Shown one piece after another: positions 9,413 through 18,636 of a stretch of 34,879 nucleotides of DNA. This DNA comes from a bacterium (GTDB taxonomy: Bacteria; Elusimicrobiota; JBDRMW01; JBDROU01): positions 1 through 34,879 of the forward strand of contig JBDROU010000016.1 in the NCBI GenBank assembly GCA_043809745.1. Reading direction: 5' to 3'. Position 1 is the stretch's first letter. Every line of letters begins with the position of its first letter. The position numbers were made by a program, and so were the translations under genes. Below the pieces are notes generated by a model. It saw only the letters and a program-made list of their open reading frames with translations, was not told the origin of the DNA and did not search any database.

Positions 9413-10396
9413 TTATCTTTCCTTCTGCCTTTTATACCATTCCCAAATTTTTACAAGCCCCTCTGACAAAGGCATTTTCGGCGAATAATTCAATAATCTT
9501 TTCAATTTAGTTATGTCCGGGCATCTGCGCTTTGGAGATCCTTCCTGAACACCAGCAGGTTTAATTGTAAGCTTGGGATTAACTAAACTGACAATCTTTT
9601 CAGCTAAATTCTTAATAGTTATCTCTTCATCACCGTTACCAACATTAACTGTTTCACCTGCGGCTCCTTCAGACTCTGCAAGCCCTATGGTTGCCTCTAC
9701 CGCATCAGAAGCATAGCAAAATGCCCTTGTATGATCTATAGAGAACACCTCTAAAAATTCATCGCTGTTCTTAGCCTTTATTATCAGTTCTGGTATAACA
9801 TGGTCGTAACCCATTCTCGGGCCGTAAACGTTATGATACCGCACAATTGTAATTGGCACATTATATTTAGCCGAATACTGATAACATGCGGATTCGCCCG
9901 CTATTTTGCTTAATGCATATGTCGTTCTAGGGGACCTGATATCATCCAAACATAAAGGAACTTTTTCATCTGTAGGGATAGGGACGCCGAAGTGCTTTGA
10001 TGTACCAGCATAAACTTCACTTGTAGATGCAAATACGAATCTTTTAAGTTTCTTTTGGGTGGACTTAACCCATTCAAGCAGATTAAACAGTCCGGTTGTA
10101 TTCTCTATAAGCACCCTGTCCGGTCTTTTAATCACATTTCTTACGCCAATCAGCGCTGCCAGATCATAAATATAATCATAATCTTTATCTAATTTTTTGA
10201 ATGCATTCTTACTCGTCAAATCCGCTTTTATAAATTTTATATCATATTTGCCAATTAATGCTTTTATTTCAGCATCTATTTTGCCTCTTTCAAGATTGTC
10301 AATTATATGAACATTATTCTTATCATTATGCAAAAGGGCTTCAAGCATATGAAAACCTATAAATCCTGCGCCACCGGCTATCAGTATCTTGCTCAT
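9413..10396 (-). CDS. legB: NAD-dependent extended-SDR nucleotide-sugar 4,6-dehydratase/epimerase (LegB candidate)
   Basis: 327 aa. It carries the N-terminal GGAGFIGFHMLEAL Rossmann motif and a catalytic YALSK (YxxxK). Its size and its position next to the aminotransferase fit Campylobacter LegB. The sequence alone cannot exclude a 4-epimerase. Confidence 0.7.
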   Translation of the reverse strand: MSKILIAGGAGFIGFHMLEALLHNDKNNVHIIDNLERGKIDAEIKALIGKYDIKFIKADLTSKNAFKKLDKDYDYIYDLAALIGVRNVIKRPDRVLIENTTGLFNLLEWVKSTQKKLKRFVFASTSEVYAGTSKHFGVPIPTDEKVPLCLDDIRSPRTTYALSKIAGESACYQYSAKYNVPITIVRYHNVYGPRMGYDHVIPELIIKAKNSDEFLEVFSIDHTRAFCYASDAVEATIGLAESEGAAGETVNVGNGDEEITIKNLAEKIVSLVNPKLTIKPAGVQEGSPKRRCPDITKLKRLLNYSPKMPLSEGLVKIWEWYKRQKER

Positions 10397-10406
10397 TTTG
10401 CTTCCT

Positions 10407-11930
10407 TTAATAGCTGTTCCAGTGCCCCTTGCCTACGCCGCAAATCTTAAATCCATTTTTTTTCAGAAGCCTGGCTTTATAATCATCTATTACGTTGCCG
10501 CAATCAACAACCAAACCCTTTGGTTTTAGCAGACTTTTATAATAGTTTACGCTCAGTCTGCTATATTCTAAATGATTCGCAGTTAATATAACAGCATCAA
10601 CTTTGTTTTTAGCAAGTAATCTTAAATCATTCAAGACCGGCAATTTCAACTCAGGCCAATAACTTACAATTGGATCATGAAGTAGCACAATCCCGCCATT
10701 TTTCACGCATATTTTGTAGAATAACTCACTCGGCGAAAATCTTGTATCGGCAACATCTTTTAAATAGGACACCCCCATAAGGAGAATTTTCCTGCCTTTC
10801 AATTTGCCTAAATTATTTTTCAACAACTTGAACGAATGAAACGGCATCTTATCATTAATATTAATTGCTCCGACCGACATCCCTAAATGTTTGCCTTTAT
10901 GAAAAATCTTTCGCGCTGCCCAATCTGCTATTAATGAATCTTTTGTAAGGCAATAACCTCCAACACCAAAACCGGGCAGCATTATATTGTTGTGAGTGGA
11001 GCGTTTTTTTATTCCTTCAATTACCTCGAATAAATTAACACCCGCAAGTTCAGCAAATTCCGTCCACTCTTGTATAAATGCTATATTTAATGCCCTGTAC
11101 GAATTCTCAAGCACCTTGCCCATTTCTGACGCGGTTATGTTGCCAAGCTCGGTAAGCGGGTAATCTTTCGTATTAATTATAGAACTAAAGAATTCCTTTG
11201 CCTCTTTCTTGGACGCATCATTAATACCTGAATAAACCCTGTAATATGAAACGATACTCTTCAGGTAGTTTTTCCCGGGCATGACCCTCTCGTAGGAATA
11301 AACCAGTTTAGGGATTTTAGTTTTAAATCCTCTCTTCTTAAATACTGCCTTAAACAAAGGCGCGATCATATACTCGCATATACCGGGAGGCATCGTAGTC
11401 TCTATAATAACCAGACAGGAGGTTTTTATCCTCATCGCAATCTGGTGCATAGAAGTTAGAAGAGGCCTCAAGTTAATACTGCTGTCCTCTACAAAACCCA
11501 ATTTTCCTTTTCTGACATCCAGATTAATATCAACAATAATGATATCCGCGGCAGAATAACCGTATTTATCCGCTGTCGCCATAATATTACCTGACGAGAA
11601 GCTTTTCTTAAATGTATTTGTTAAATCTATATCATTGCTTTTTATAGGAAGTTTGCCGTCATTGATCATACCAACCCTCCAGTATGCATCAATTTTCGGG
11701 AGGTCCATTCCTATCACAGCAAACTTATGCTTATTATTCTTATTCCTGGCAGAAGCCACCGCCGTAAGCATCGCGGATCCGACAAAACCCAATCCCTGAA
11801 CAACCACCAGCTTCTTGCCTTTATTCTTTGAGATAAATTCAGTTATGCCTTCCTTGTCATTAGGATTTTTCGAAAAGTGATATGATTCACCAAAAGGCGA
11901 CGCAGAAACTAACATTTTTTTGTGTTTCAT
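10407..11930 (-). CDS. nucleotide-sugar dehydrogenase (UDP-glucose/GDP-mannose dehydrogenase family; UDP-HexNAc 6-dehydrogenase candidate)
   Basis: 507 aa. It has the Rossmann motif GLGFVGSAML, the central ERVMPGKN, and the catalytic-Cys motif GGYCLTKD, shared with Ugd/WbpA/WecC-type dehydrogenases. An N-terminal extension of about 35 aa is present. Confidence 0.8.
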   Translation of the reverse strand: MKHKKMLVSASPFGESYHFSKNPNDKEGITEFISKNKGKKLVVVQGLGFVGSAMLTAVASARNKNNKHKFAVIGMDLPKIDAYWRVGMINDGKLPIKSNDIDLTNTFKKSFSSGNIMATADKYGYSAADIIIVDINLDVRKGKLGFVEDSSINLRPLLTSMHQIAMRIKTSCLVIIETTMPPGICEYMIAPLFKAVFKKRGFKTKIPKLVYSYERVMPGKNYLKSIVSYYRVYSGINDASKKEAKEFFSSIINTKDYPLTELGNITASEMGKVLENSYRALNIAFIQEWTEFAELAGVNLFEVIEGIKKRSTHNNIMLPGFGVGGYCLTKDSLIADWAARKIFHKGKHLGMSVGAININDKMPFHSFKLLKNNLGKLKGRKILLMGVSYLKDVADTRFSPSELFYKICVKNGGIVLLHDPIVSYWPELKLPVLNDLRLLAKNKVDAVILTANHLEYSRLSVNYYKSLLKPKGLVVDCGNVIDDYKARLLKKNGFKICGVGKGHWNSY

Positions 11931-11988
11931 ACTCTAAAAGTATAATAAATAAATTCAACGTAGTACATACTGAGATCGCTCACACTTG

Positions 11989-13164
11989 CTAAATACGTGT
12001 TACATTCTCATAAAGATCCTCTAATTTACTTATCATAAGTTGCACAGAAAATCTCATTAAACCGTTTTCCTTGCTTGTTACGTAACTTAAAGCTTCTTTC
12101 CCGAATCTTTCCCTTTTATCTTTATCATTCGCCAAACTTAAAACGGCTTCTCCTAAAGCCCTATAATCACCTGAAGAAACCAAAACTCCTGTCTTCCCGT
12201 CTAAAACTACATCCTCCACACCGCCAACCCTTGTCCCCACAATAGGTTTACCCAAAGCAGAAGCCTGAACATAGACTTTGCCCATACCTTCATTCAGCGA
12301 TGCCATCGCGAATACATCAAATATACTCATAATCTCCGGAGCATCTTTCCTTAAGCCCAGAAATTTCACGCTATACTCAATACCGAAATGCTTAACTAAT
12401 TTTTCAAGCATATCCCGTTCACTCCCATCGCCAACAATTAGCAAAACAGCATTTTTATTTACTTTCAATACCTCATTAAAAGCTTTTATAAGTGTTTTAT
12501 TGTCTTTTACCTTTTCTAATCTGGTAACGGTACCTACAACAAAATCATTCTCGGATATGCCTATCGAACTCTTTACTTTTACCGCATCAGTATTCATTGA
12601 AATATAATAATCAATATCAACCCCGGAATGGATTGAGATGAATTTTTCTTCTTTAGCTACACCGAATGAAACATGTTCATCTATACCTTTCGGGGTAAGA
12701 GTAATTATTTTTTTAGTGATCAAAGCTGTTATCTTTTCTAATAGTACAAACAACGCGCTTTTCAATCTACCGTAATAACCGTAAAAAACATGCCCGTGCG
12801 GAGTATGAATAATGGCCTTGGTCCCCGCAAAGAAAGCCGCCCATCTGCCAATTATACCTGCTTTTGATGCATGTGTATGGACAATATCAAATTTATGCCT
12901 CCTAATAAAAAATAATAACCAGAAAAATGCCAAGATATCTTTAATAGGATTTATCTGTCTTACCAGATAAGAAAGATAATGCACATCAACTTCTTGTTTT
13001 TTTATAAATTCCGATATGCTTCCATCGGGATCATTAGTTGGACCGGAAATTAATAGATTATCAAACTTATCATTTCTAATATGCGAAACTGTAAGTATAG
13101 TGTTTTCCGCCGATCCTCCTCTATCAAGACGGGTTATAATATTAAGAATTTTTATTTTTTTCAT
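11989..13164 (-). CDS. GT4-family (GT-B, retaining) glycosyltransferase
   Basis: 391 aa. The C-terminal domain shows the EX7E-like region NEGMGKVYVQASALGKPIVGTRVGG. The 4-nt overlap with the acetyltransferase gene upstream suggests coupling. Confidence 0.8.
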   Translation of the reverse strand: MKKIKILNIITRLDRGGSAENTILTVSHIRNDKFDNLLISGPTNDPDGSISEFIKKQEVDVHYLSYLVRQINPIKDILAFFWLLFFIRRHKFDIVHTHASKAGIIGRWAAFFAGTKAIIHTPHGHVFYGYYGRLKSALFVLLEKITALITKKIITLTPKGIDEHVSFGVAKEEKFISIHSGVDIDYYISMNTDAVKVKSSIGISENDFVVGTVTRLEKVKDNKTLIKAFNEVLKVNKNAVLLIVGDGSERDMLEKLVKHFGIEYSVKFLGLRKDAPEIMSIFDVFAMASLNEGMGKVYVQASALGKPIVGTRVGGVEDVVLDGKTGVLVSSGDYRALGEAVLSLANDKDKRERFGKEALSYVTSKENGLMRFSVQLMISKLEDLYENVTRI

Positions 13165-13622
13165 AACTGTTTCTTATTTATGGGTTTTGCCGGATTCCCT
13201 GCAACCACAGCGCCGTCAGGCACATCCCTGGTTACAATAGAACCAGCACCTACAACAGAATTCTCCCCAATTATAACACCCGGAAAGATAATAGAACCTG
13301 CCCCAATAAAAGCTCTCTTTTTAATAACAATAGGGGATACAATTTCACGGCTTCTGTCGTGCGCAGAAATAATTACTCTGAAGGATATCATAACCCTGTC
13401 TTCAATAGTTATTAATTCTGAAAAATCCGCATCTATAAAGCAATCCAACCCTATATATACCTTTTTGCCTATATTTAGGCCCATGCATCTGTAAAGAAAT
13501 ATTCTAACTATACGTATAAAACAAAACCTGCCCAATAACTGGCAAAGCTTTCTAAATGTCAGCTTAAAGATACCTGTTTTCACTTTATTCCTGTAATCTA
13601 CCCAGTATATTTTATCATTCAT
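13161..13622 (-). CDS. hexapeptide-repeat (LbH) sugar O-acetyltransferase, WbbJ/LacA/WcaF-like
   Basis: 153 aa. Repeated [LIV]-G-x4 hexapeptides (IGAGSIIFPGVIIGENSVVGAGSIVTRDV) are followed by the typical C-terminal VVAGNPAKPI. Confidence 0.8.
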   Translation of the reverse strand: MNDKIYWVDYRNKVKTGIFKLTFRKLCQLLGRFCFIRIVRIFLYRCMGLNIGKKVYIGLDCFIDADFSELITIEDRVMISFRVIISAHDRSREIVSPIVIKKRAFIGAGSIIFPGVIIGENSVVGAGSIVTRDVPDGAVVAGNPAKPINKKQL

Positions 13623-13641
13623 AAATTTCCTCTCATTTTGA

Positions 13642-14793
13642 TCAGTTGCCGGAAACGCGAATTATCAACTCTCTTATTTTATTTGCCGCCGCATCTCTAT
13701 TCAATTCAGATTCCACTCTCTTGCGCGCATTGAAACCCATCTCTTCTGATAAAGTTCGATCCCCCAGTAATCTGTCTACCGCTTGATATATCTCATCTTC
13801 ACTCTCGGCATCTACCAGTATTCCCGTATCACCGTGAACTACAGCATCTGTCATGCCTCCATTACTGCCGCCTATGGCTGGTTTTGCGCAGGAAGCTGCT
13901 TCTATTAATGCTATGCCGAATCCTTCCACTAAATCGGCTCCCATATTTTTGCTTGCCATAATAAATATTTCGCAACTCCTGTAATAATTCACAAGTTCAT
14001 TTTCATCCGCTAAACCTGCAAATATTACTTTTTCCTGCAATTTATTTTTTTCCACCAAACTGACAAGCCTATTTTTTTCAGAACCTTTTCCCACAATATA
14101 GTAATAGACATTATCATATTTATTCAAAATTTTTGGCAAAACACTGATTACTGACGCATGACCTTTGTGAGGGTCTAACCTCCCGACAGTTAACAATATT
14201 CTCTTTGCCGCTATATTGAGCCTGCTTATAAATTCTTCCGAAGGTCTGCCCGGCGAGAATTTGTCTTTATCCACTCCGGGAAGAATTATTTCAATTTTTT
14301 GAGGCTCAACTCCCAGCTCAACAAGTTTATTTTTACTGAAATGACTAATTGTAAATACAATCTTAGCTTTATTAAATGTTTTTATTTTCAGCGCGGCCAG
14401 CAAAAATTTGATTCTTCTTCTTAATGTAGTCCTATCATCCAAATAATCAGATCCGTAGGCGGCGCAATAATAGTCAAATCTTAAAATATGCGACAGTATA
14501 AACGCGATAAGCCCGCAGGGGAACCAGACCGAACAAAATATCTTTCTATACTTTTTAAATATAATCAGAAACAAAAGATATAAAATAAAAGTAATCTCGC
14601 GTATAAAAGCAATGTTTAATACTCTTATGGTTTCGAAAGGATTTCTTTTATCATAACTCTCAGCACCTTTCATTAACGGCGCTAAAATAAGCACTCCGTC
14701 CTGTTTAGAAAGTCCTAAACCTAAGTCTTCGGTATATGAAGCGATGCCGCCAAAAAGCGGCCTGTAATCTGTTGCAAAAATTATTATTTTCAT
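13642..14793 (-). CDS. GT4-family glycosyltransferase
   Basis: 383 aa. The N-terminal half is hydrophobic, i.e. membrane-associated. The C-terminus carries EX7E (EGFGIALIEAASCAKPAIGGSNGG). Confidence 0.75.
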   Translation of the reverse strand: MKIIIFATDYRPLFGGIASYTEDLGLGLSKQDGVLILAPLMKGAESYDKRNPFETIRVLNIAFIREITFILYLLFLIIFKKYRKIFCSVWFPCGLIAFILSHILRFDYYCAAYGSDYLDDRTTLRRRIKFLLAALKIKTFNKAKIVFTISHFSKNKLVELGVEPQKIEIILPGVDKDKFSPGRPSEEFISRLNIAAKRILLTVGRLDPHKGHASVISVLPKILNKYDNVYYYIVGKGSEKNRLVSLVEKNKLQEKVIFAGLADENELVNYYRSCEIFIMASKNMGADLVEGFGIALIEAASCAKPAIGGSNGGMTDAVVHGDTGILVDAESEDEIYQAVDRLLGDRTLSEEMGFNARKRVESELNRDAAANKIRELIIRVSGN

Positions 14794-14794
14794 T

Positions 14795-16654
14795 TTAATC
14801 CGAAAAATTCCTGAACCATAACTCTAAATTAAGAAGCGCCCACAGCTGATCTGTAAATAACCCCCTGCCGGAGTTATGTCTTTGAATCATAGACGCAACA
14901 TAATTATGATTAAAAATCCCTCTTTTCTTGATACTTTCTTCCGAAAGAAATTCTTTAATATAAGATTGAAGATCGTCCTTTAACCACTGGCTTAAAGGTA
15001 TCATAAAACCAAGCTTTCCCCTGTTCATTATTTGCGAAGGCAGCATATCAGACATAATCTTTTTAAATAAATACTTTAATTTTAAACCCTTGGTCTTTAA
15101 TCCTAGCTCCACCGATCCCAGCAGTTCCACCAATCTATGGTCCAATAAAGGCACCCTAAGCTCCAGCGAATGAGCCATACTCATTCTATCTGCCATACAA
15201 AGCAGATCATCTGCCAGATATGATTTGACATCCACATAATAGAGCTGCTGAAGTTGTTCAACATCTTTAGATTTATCAAAATATAACTCAAGCGGATTAA
15301 ATATATCACCCTTACTTAGCTGTTGATTAAAATCTTTTGAAAAAAGCATATCTCTATTTTTAACAAAGCTCATCCATTCTATGTAGGCTTTATCAAACTC
15401 TTTATTGCCAGCTCCTGTAAAACGCTTAAGCCTTCCGGCCGTATTCGCACTCGAAGTCGATTCAGGTAATAAATTAATTATCCCGTTCAGTATGCTCCTA
15501 ATAAATGCTGGAAATTTCTTATATAAAAGAAAAAACTTTGCGCCTAAATAACGCGGATACCCTGCAAAAAGCTCATCGCCGCCTATTCCGGTAAGCGCGA
15601 CTGTTACATGTTTAGAGCTGGCTTGCGAAATCAAATAAGTAGGAATACTCGAAGAATCCGCAAATGGTTCACCATAAGTTTGCACCAAAGCCGGTAATAT
15701 ATCCACAACCTTTGGCTCCAGTATGTATTCATGATGTTCTGTATTAAACCGTTCTGCTACGCACCTTGCAAATTTAAGTTCATTGTAGGAAGAATATTTT
15801 TCCTGGTACCCAATTGAAAAAGTCTTAACTTTTTTTACATATTCACTCATAAGAGCAACTATCGCAGAGGAATCCATACCTCCGCTTAAAAAAGCTCCTA
15901 AAGACACATCGCTCATTAGATGCTTCTTAACTGAATCTCTAAGCAAATATTTTATTCTATTTTTTATATCCTCTTGAGGATACTCTATACTTTTACACGA
16001 TAGATCCCAATATTGCTTTATAGAAATATTGCCATTTTGCCAAACAAGATAGTGACCCGCCAAAAGCTTATGAATATCCTTATATATACTTTTTGGAGCA
16101 GGAATATATAAAAGATCAACAAAATTATAAACACTGCTGTAATCTATTTCCTTTTTTATATCCTGTACAGCAAACAAAGGTTTTATCTCTGAAGCAAAAT
16201 ACAAATTCCCATTTTTTATCGAATAATAAAGCGGTTTTATTCCTACTCTGTCTCTAGCTAAAAGCAGCTTACCTTTAGTTTTGTCCCACAGCGCAATACT
16301 ATACATTCCTTCCAATTTTTCCAGGAATGATTCTTTATACTCTTCATATAAATGAGGTATTACCTCGGTATCTGTTTTAGTATAAAAGGAATGCCCTTTA
16401 CTAATTAAATCTTTTTTCAGTTCTTCAAAATTATATATCTCTCCGTTAAAAATTACCCAAATATCCCTAGTTTCATTATGTATTGGTTGGGCTCCTGTTG
16501 CCAGATCAATTATCTTTAGGCGTCTCATGGCTAAAGAAATATCATCATCGATATAAAATCCATCCTCATCAGGCCCGCGATGAATCATAGCCTGATTCAT
16601 TTTTGCAAGCACAGCCCTGTTCCTTAATCCTGCAATACCGCAAATCCCGCACAT
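14795..16654 (-). CDS. asnB: asparagine synthase (glutamine-hydrolysing) family amidotransferase (AsnB/WbpS-like)
   Basis: 619 aa. The sequence begins MCGICGI, with the Ntn Cys at position 2. A PP-loop SGGMDSS is also present. AsnB paralogues of this kind in glycan loci usually amidate uronic acids. Confidence 0.85.
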   Translation of the reverse strand: MCGICGIAGLRNRAVLAKMNQAMIHRGPDEDGFYIDDDISLAMRRLKIIDLATGAQPIHNETRDIWVIFNGEIYNFEELKKDLISKGHSFYTKTDTEVIPHLYEEYKESFLEKLEGMYSIALWDKTKGKLLLARDRVGIKPLYYSIKNGNLYFASEIKPLFAVQDIKKEIDYSSVYNFVDLLYIPAPKSIYKDIHKLLAGHYLVWQNGNISIKQYWDLSCKSIEYPQEDIKNRIKYLLRDSVKKHLMSDVSLGAFLSGGMDSSAIVALMSEYVKKVKTFSIGYQEKYSSYNELKFARCVAERFNTEHHEYILEPKVVDILPALVQTYGEPFADSSSIPTYLISQASSKHVTVALTGIGGDELFAGYPRYLGAKFFLLYKKFPAFIRSILNGIINLLPESTSSANTAGRLKRFTGAGNKEFDKAYIEWMSFVKNRDMLFSKDFNQQLSKGDIFNPLELYFDKSKDVEQLQQLYYVDVKSYLADDLLCMADRMSMAHSLELRVPLLDHRLVELLGSVELGLKTKGLKLKYLFKKIMSDMLPSQIMNRGKLGFMIPLSQWLKDDLQSYIKEFLSEESIKKRGIFNHNYVASMIQRHNSGRGLFTDQLWALLNLELWFRNFSD

Positions 16655-16664
16655 TTTTTTTATC

Positions 16665-18620
16665 TCACTTAATTAAATTTAAATAATACTGTTCTATATC
16701 ATGAATCATTTTGCTTAGATTAAATTCTTTATTTGCAACTTGATGCGCATTTTTACCTATATTTTTTCGAAGGTTTTCATCTTTTAATAATATCTTTATT
16801 TTTTCTGCCAGTTGTTCAGGCATTCGCGGCTCTACTACTAATGCACTTTCATTATCTTTAACCATCTCAACTACACCATTAACCTTTGTTGCTACAATAG
16901 CTTTTTTCATAGCCATAGCTTCTAACAAAATAAACGGGAATCCTTCGGAAATGCTGGATAACACCATTACATCAATTGCAGACAGTATCTCAGGAATATC
17001 CTCTCTTAAACCTAATAAAATACAGTTGTTTTCAAGATTTAATTCATTAATTTTCTCTATAATTTTTTCTTTCTCTTCACCGTCACCAACAATAAGTGTT
17101 TTTGCATCAGGAAAATCCTTTATCACCTCAGCGAAAGCGTCTAAAAAGTACAGATGTCCTTTTTGAGGAGTCATTCTGCCAATTAATCCTATAAGCGGTT
17201 CATTTCCCAAACCAAACTCATTTCGAATCTTATTATTTTCATATAAAGACGGATTAAACTTGCTTAAATCAACTCCGTTATAAATATTTTTTACTTTATA
17301 TGGCGAATAACCGGACTTATCTATTAAATCTTCCGCTAAACTTTTCGATACGGTTATTATGCCGTCTGCCAGATAATAACTTATTTTATCCGCCGCTAAA
17401 TACACCCTTTTCTTTATTTTGCTTACAGGATAATCATACAGGGAATTATGAACTGTGGATATTATCTTAGATTTAACCAGAAATAATTTGGTTAAACGCG
17501 CATAGAAATTAGATCTTGCTCCGTGCGATTGAACAATATCAATATTATTTTTTTTAATGTAATTTGCCAACTTTATAACAGATCTTACACTGAATAACTT
17601 TGTCATATCCACAATTGTTGAGTGTTGGCCGAACTCCTTTAATTTTTCAATCAGTTCGCCGTAATACGGGCATACCACATCCAGCTCAAATAGATTTTTA
17701 TTTAATTTTTGGATTATATATTTTAGATAAACCTCACCGCCAGCCCACTCGCTGGAACCGGTTATATGCAATATCTTTATCTTCCTGTTGGCATTATTTA
17801 GATCCTTTGTCTTTGACGCAACCACCCTAATTGAATTTCCCAGATTAATTGAAGTCAGTTTATATATCCACCAGCCAAAAAATGACAATAACTTTATTAC
17901 TTTTTCTTTATAACAAGTCCTTATAAAAGCCGCCTTTCCCAACACTATAGCTTTTACCTCAAATCCTGCAAGCGATAGGAGCCTTTTCATCGTCTTATGG
18001 CTGAAATAATAAAAATGCTCGCTAACCTCAGAATTTGAGCGCAATTTTGCAGGCCTCAATATTTCCAGTAAAAATCTTATATTCGGGACCTCTATAAACA
18101 ACAAACCGTCATCGGCTAAGCGTTCTCTTGCTTTTACCAGCAGTTCTAACGGATTTCTAAGGTGCTCAAGCACATGCCATAACGCAACCGCATCAAATTT
18201 TTGATCTGCGTAAGGCAGATCATTATTTTCTCCAGATTCAACATCAAATGAGTAATGCTTTTTACAGTATTCCAAAGCATAATGTGATACATCCGCTCCC
18301 TTAACACTCCAATTACCCTTTTCAGCCAGATCCAAAAAGTATCCCATACCGCATCCGATATCCAACAAAGACCCTTTTTTCTTAAAACGTTCTACAAATT
18401 CTAATCTCTCTTTATTTGCTTTTATCAATACATCCTTGGTTATTTCCAGATTGGCCATATATTCATTTTCGTATAATTTCCCCTGCTCTTCCAAAGTAGC
18501 CCTGGGGGATACAAAGACTAAACCGCAGCCCCTGCATTTATTCACAGTATATTCTCTCTTTTTGGCAAGTATTTTTTTTCTTTTAGAATCGCAAAGTATA
18601 CAATCAACCTTTTCAGGCAC
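16665..18620 (-). CDS. fusion protein: N-terminal Zn-ribbon + class I SAM-dependent methyltransferase, C-terminal GT4 glycosyltransferase
   Basis: 651 aa. A CxxC...CxxC pair lies at the N-terminus (CILCDS...CRGCG). SAM motif I LLDIGCGMGYF follows, then an acidic-Leu motif. A hydrophobic linker (about aa 240-265) precedes a complete GT4 domain (ILHITGSSEWAGGEVYL; EGFPFILLEAMAMKKAIVATKVNG). Confidence 0.75.
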   Translation of the reverse strand: MPEKVDCILCDSKRKKILAKKREYTVNKCRGCGLVFVSPRATLEEQGKLYENEYMANLEITKDVLIKANKERLEFVERFKKKGSLLDIGCGMGYFLDLAEKGNWSVKGADVSHYALEYCKKHYSFDVESGENNDLPYADQKFDAVALWHVLEHLRNPLELLVKARERLADDGLLFIEVPNIRFLLEILRPAKLRSNSEVSEHFYYFSHKTMKRLLSLAGFEVKAIVLGKAAFIRTCYKEKVIKLLSFFGWWIYKLTSINLGNSIRVVASKTKDLNNANRKIKILHITGSSEWAGGEVYLKYIIQKLNKNLFELDVVCPYYGELIEKLKEFGQHSTIVDMTKLFSVRSVIKLANYIKKNNIDIVQSHGARSNFYARLTKLFLVKSKIISTVHNSLYDYPVSKIKKRVYLAADKISYYLADGIITVSKSLAEDLIDKSGYSPYKVKNIYNGVDLSKFNPSLYENNKIRNEFGLGNEPLIGLIGRMTPQKGHLYFLDAFAEVIKDFPDAKTLIVGDGEEKEKIIEKINELNLENNCILLGLREDIPEILSAIDVMVLSSISEGFPFILLEAMAMKKAIVATKVNGVVEMVKDNESALVVEPRMPEQLAEKIKILLKDENLRKNIGKNAHQVANKEFNLSKMIHDIEQYYLNLIK

Positions 18621-18636
18621 TTTCAGGCTCCTTAAA

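Noticed and set aside
9413-10396. Assigning the SDR gene firmly as a UDP-glucose 4-epimerase (GalE)
   Set aside because: GGAGFIGF...YxxxK is generic to extended SDRs. Its position directly upstream of the aminotransferase in a Leg-type block favours a 4,6-dehydratase role. It is kept as LegB-candidate with moderate confidence.
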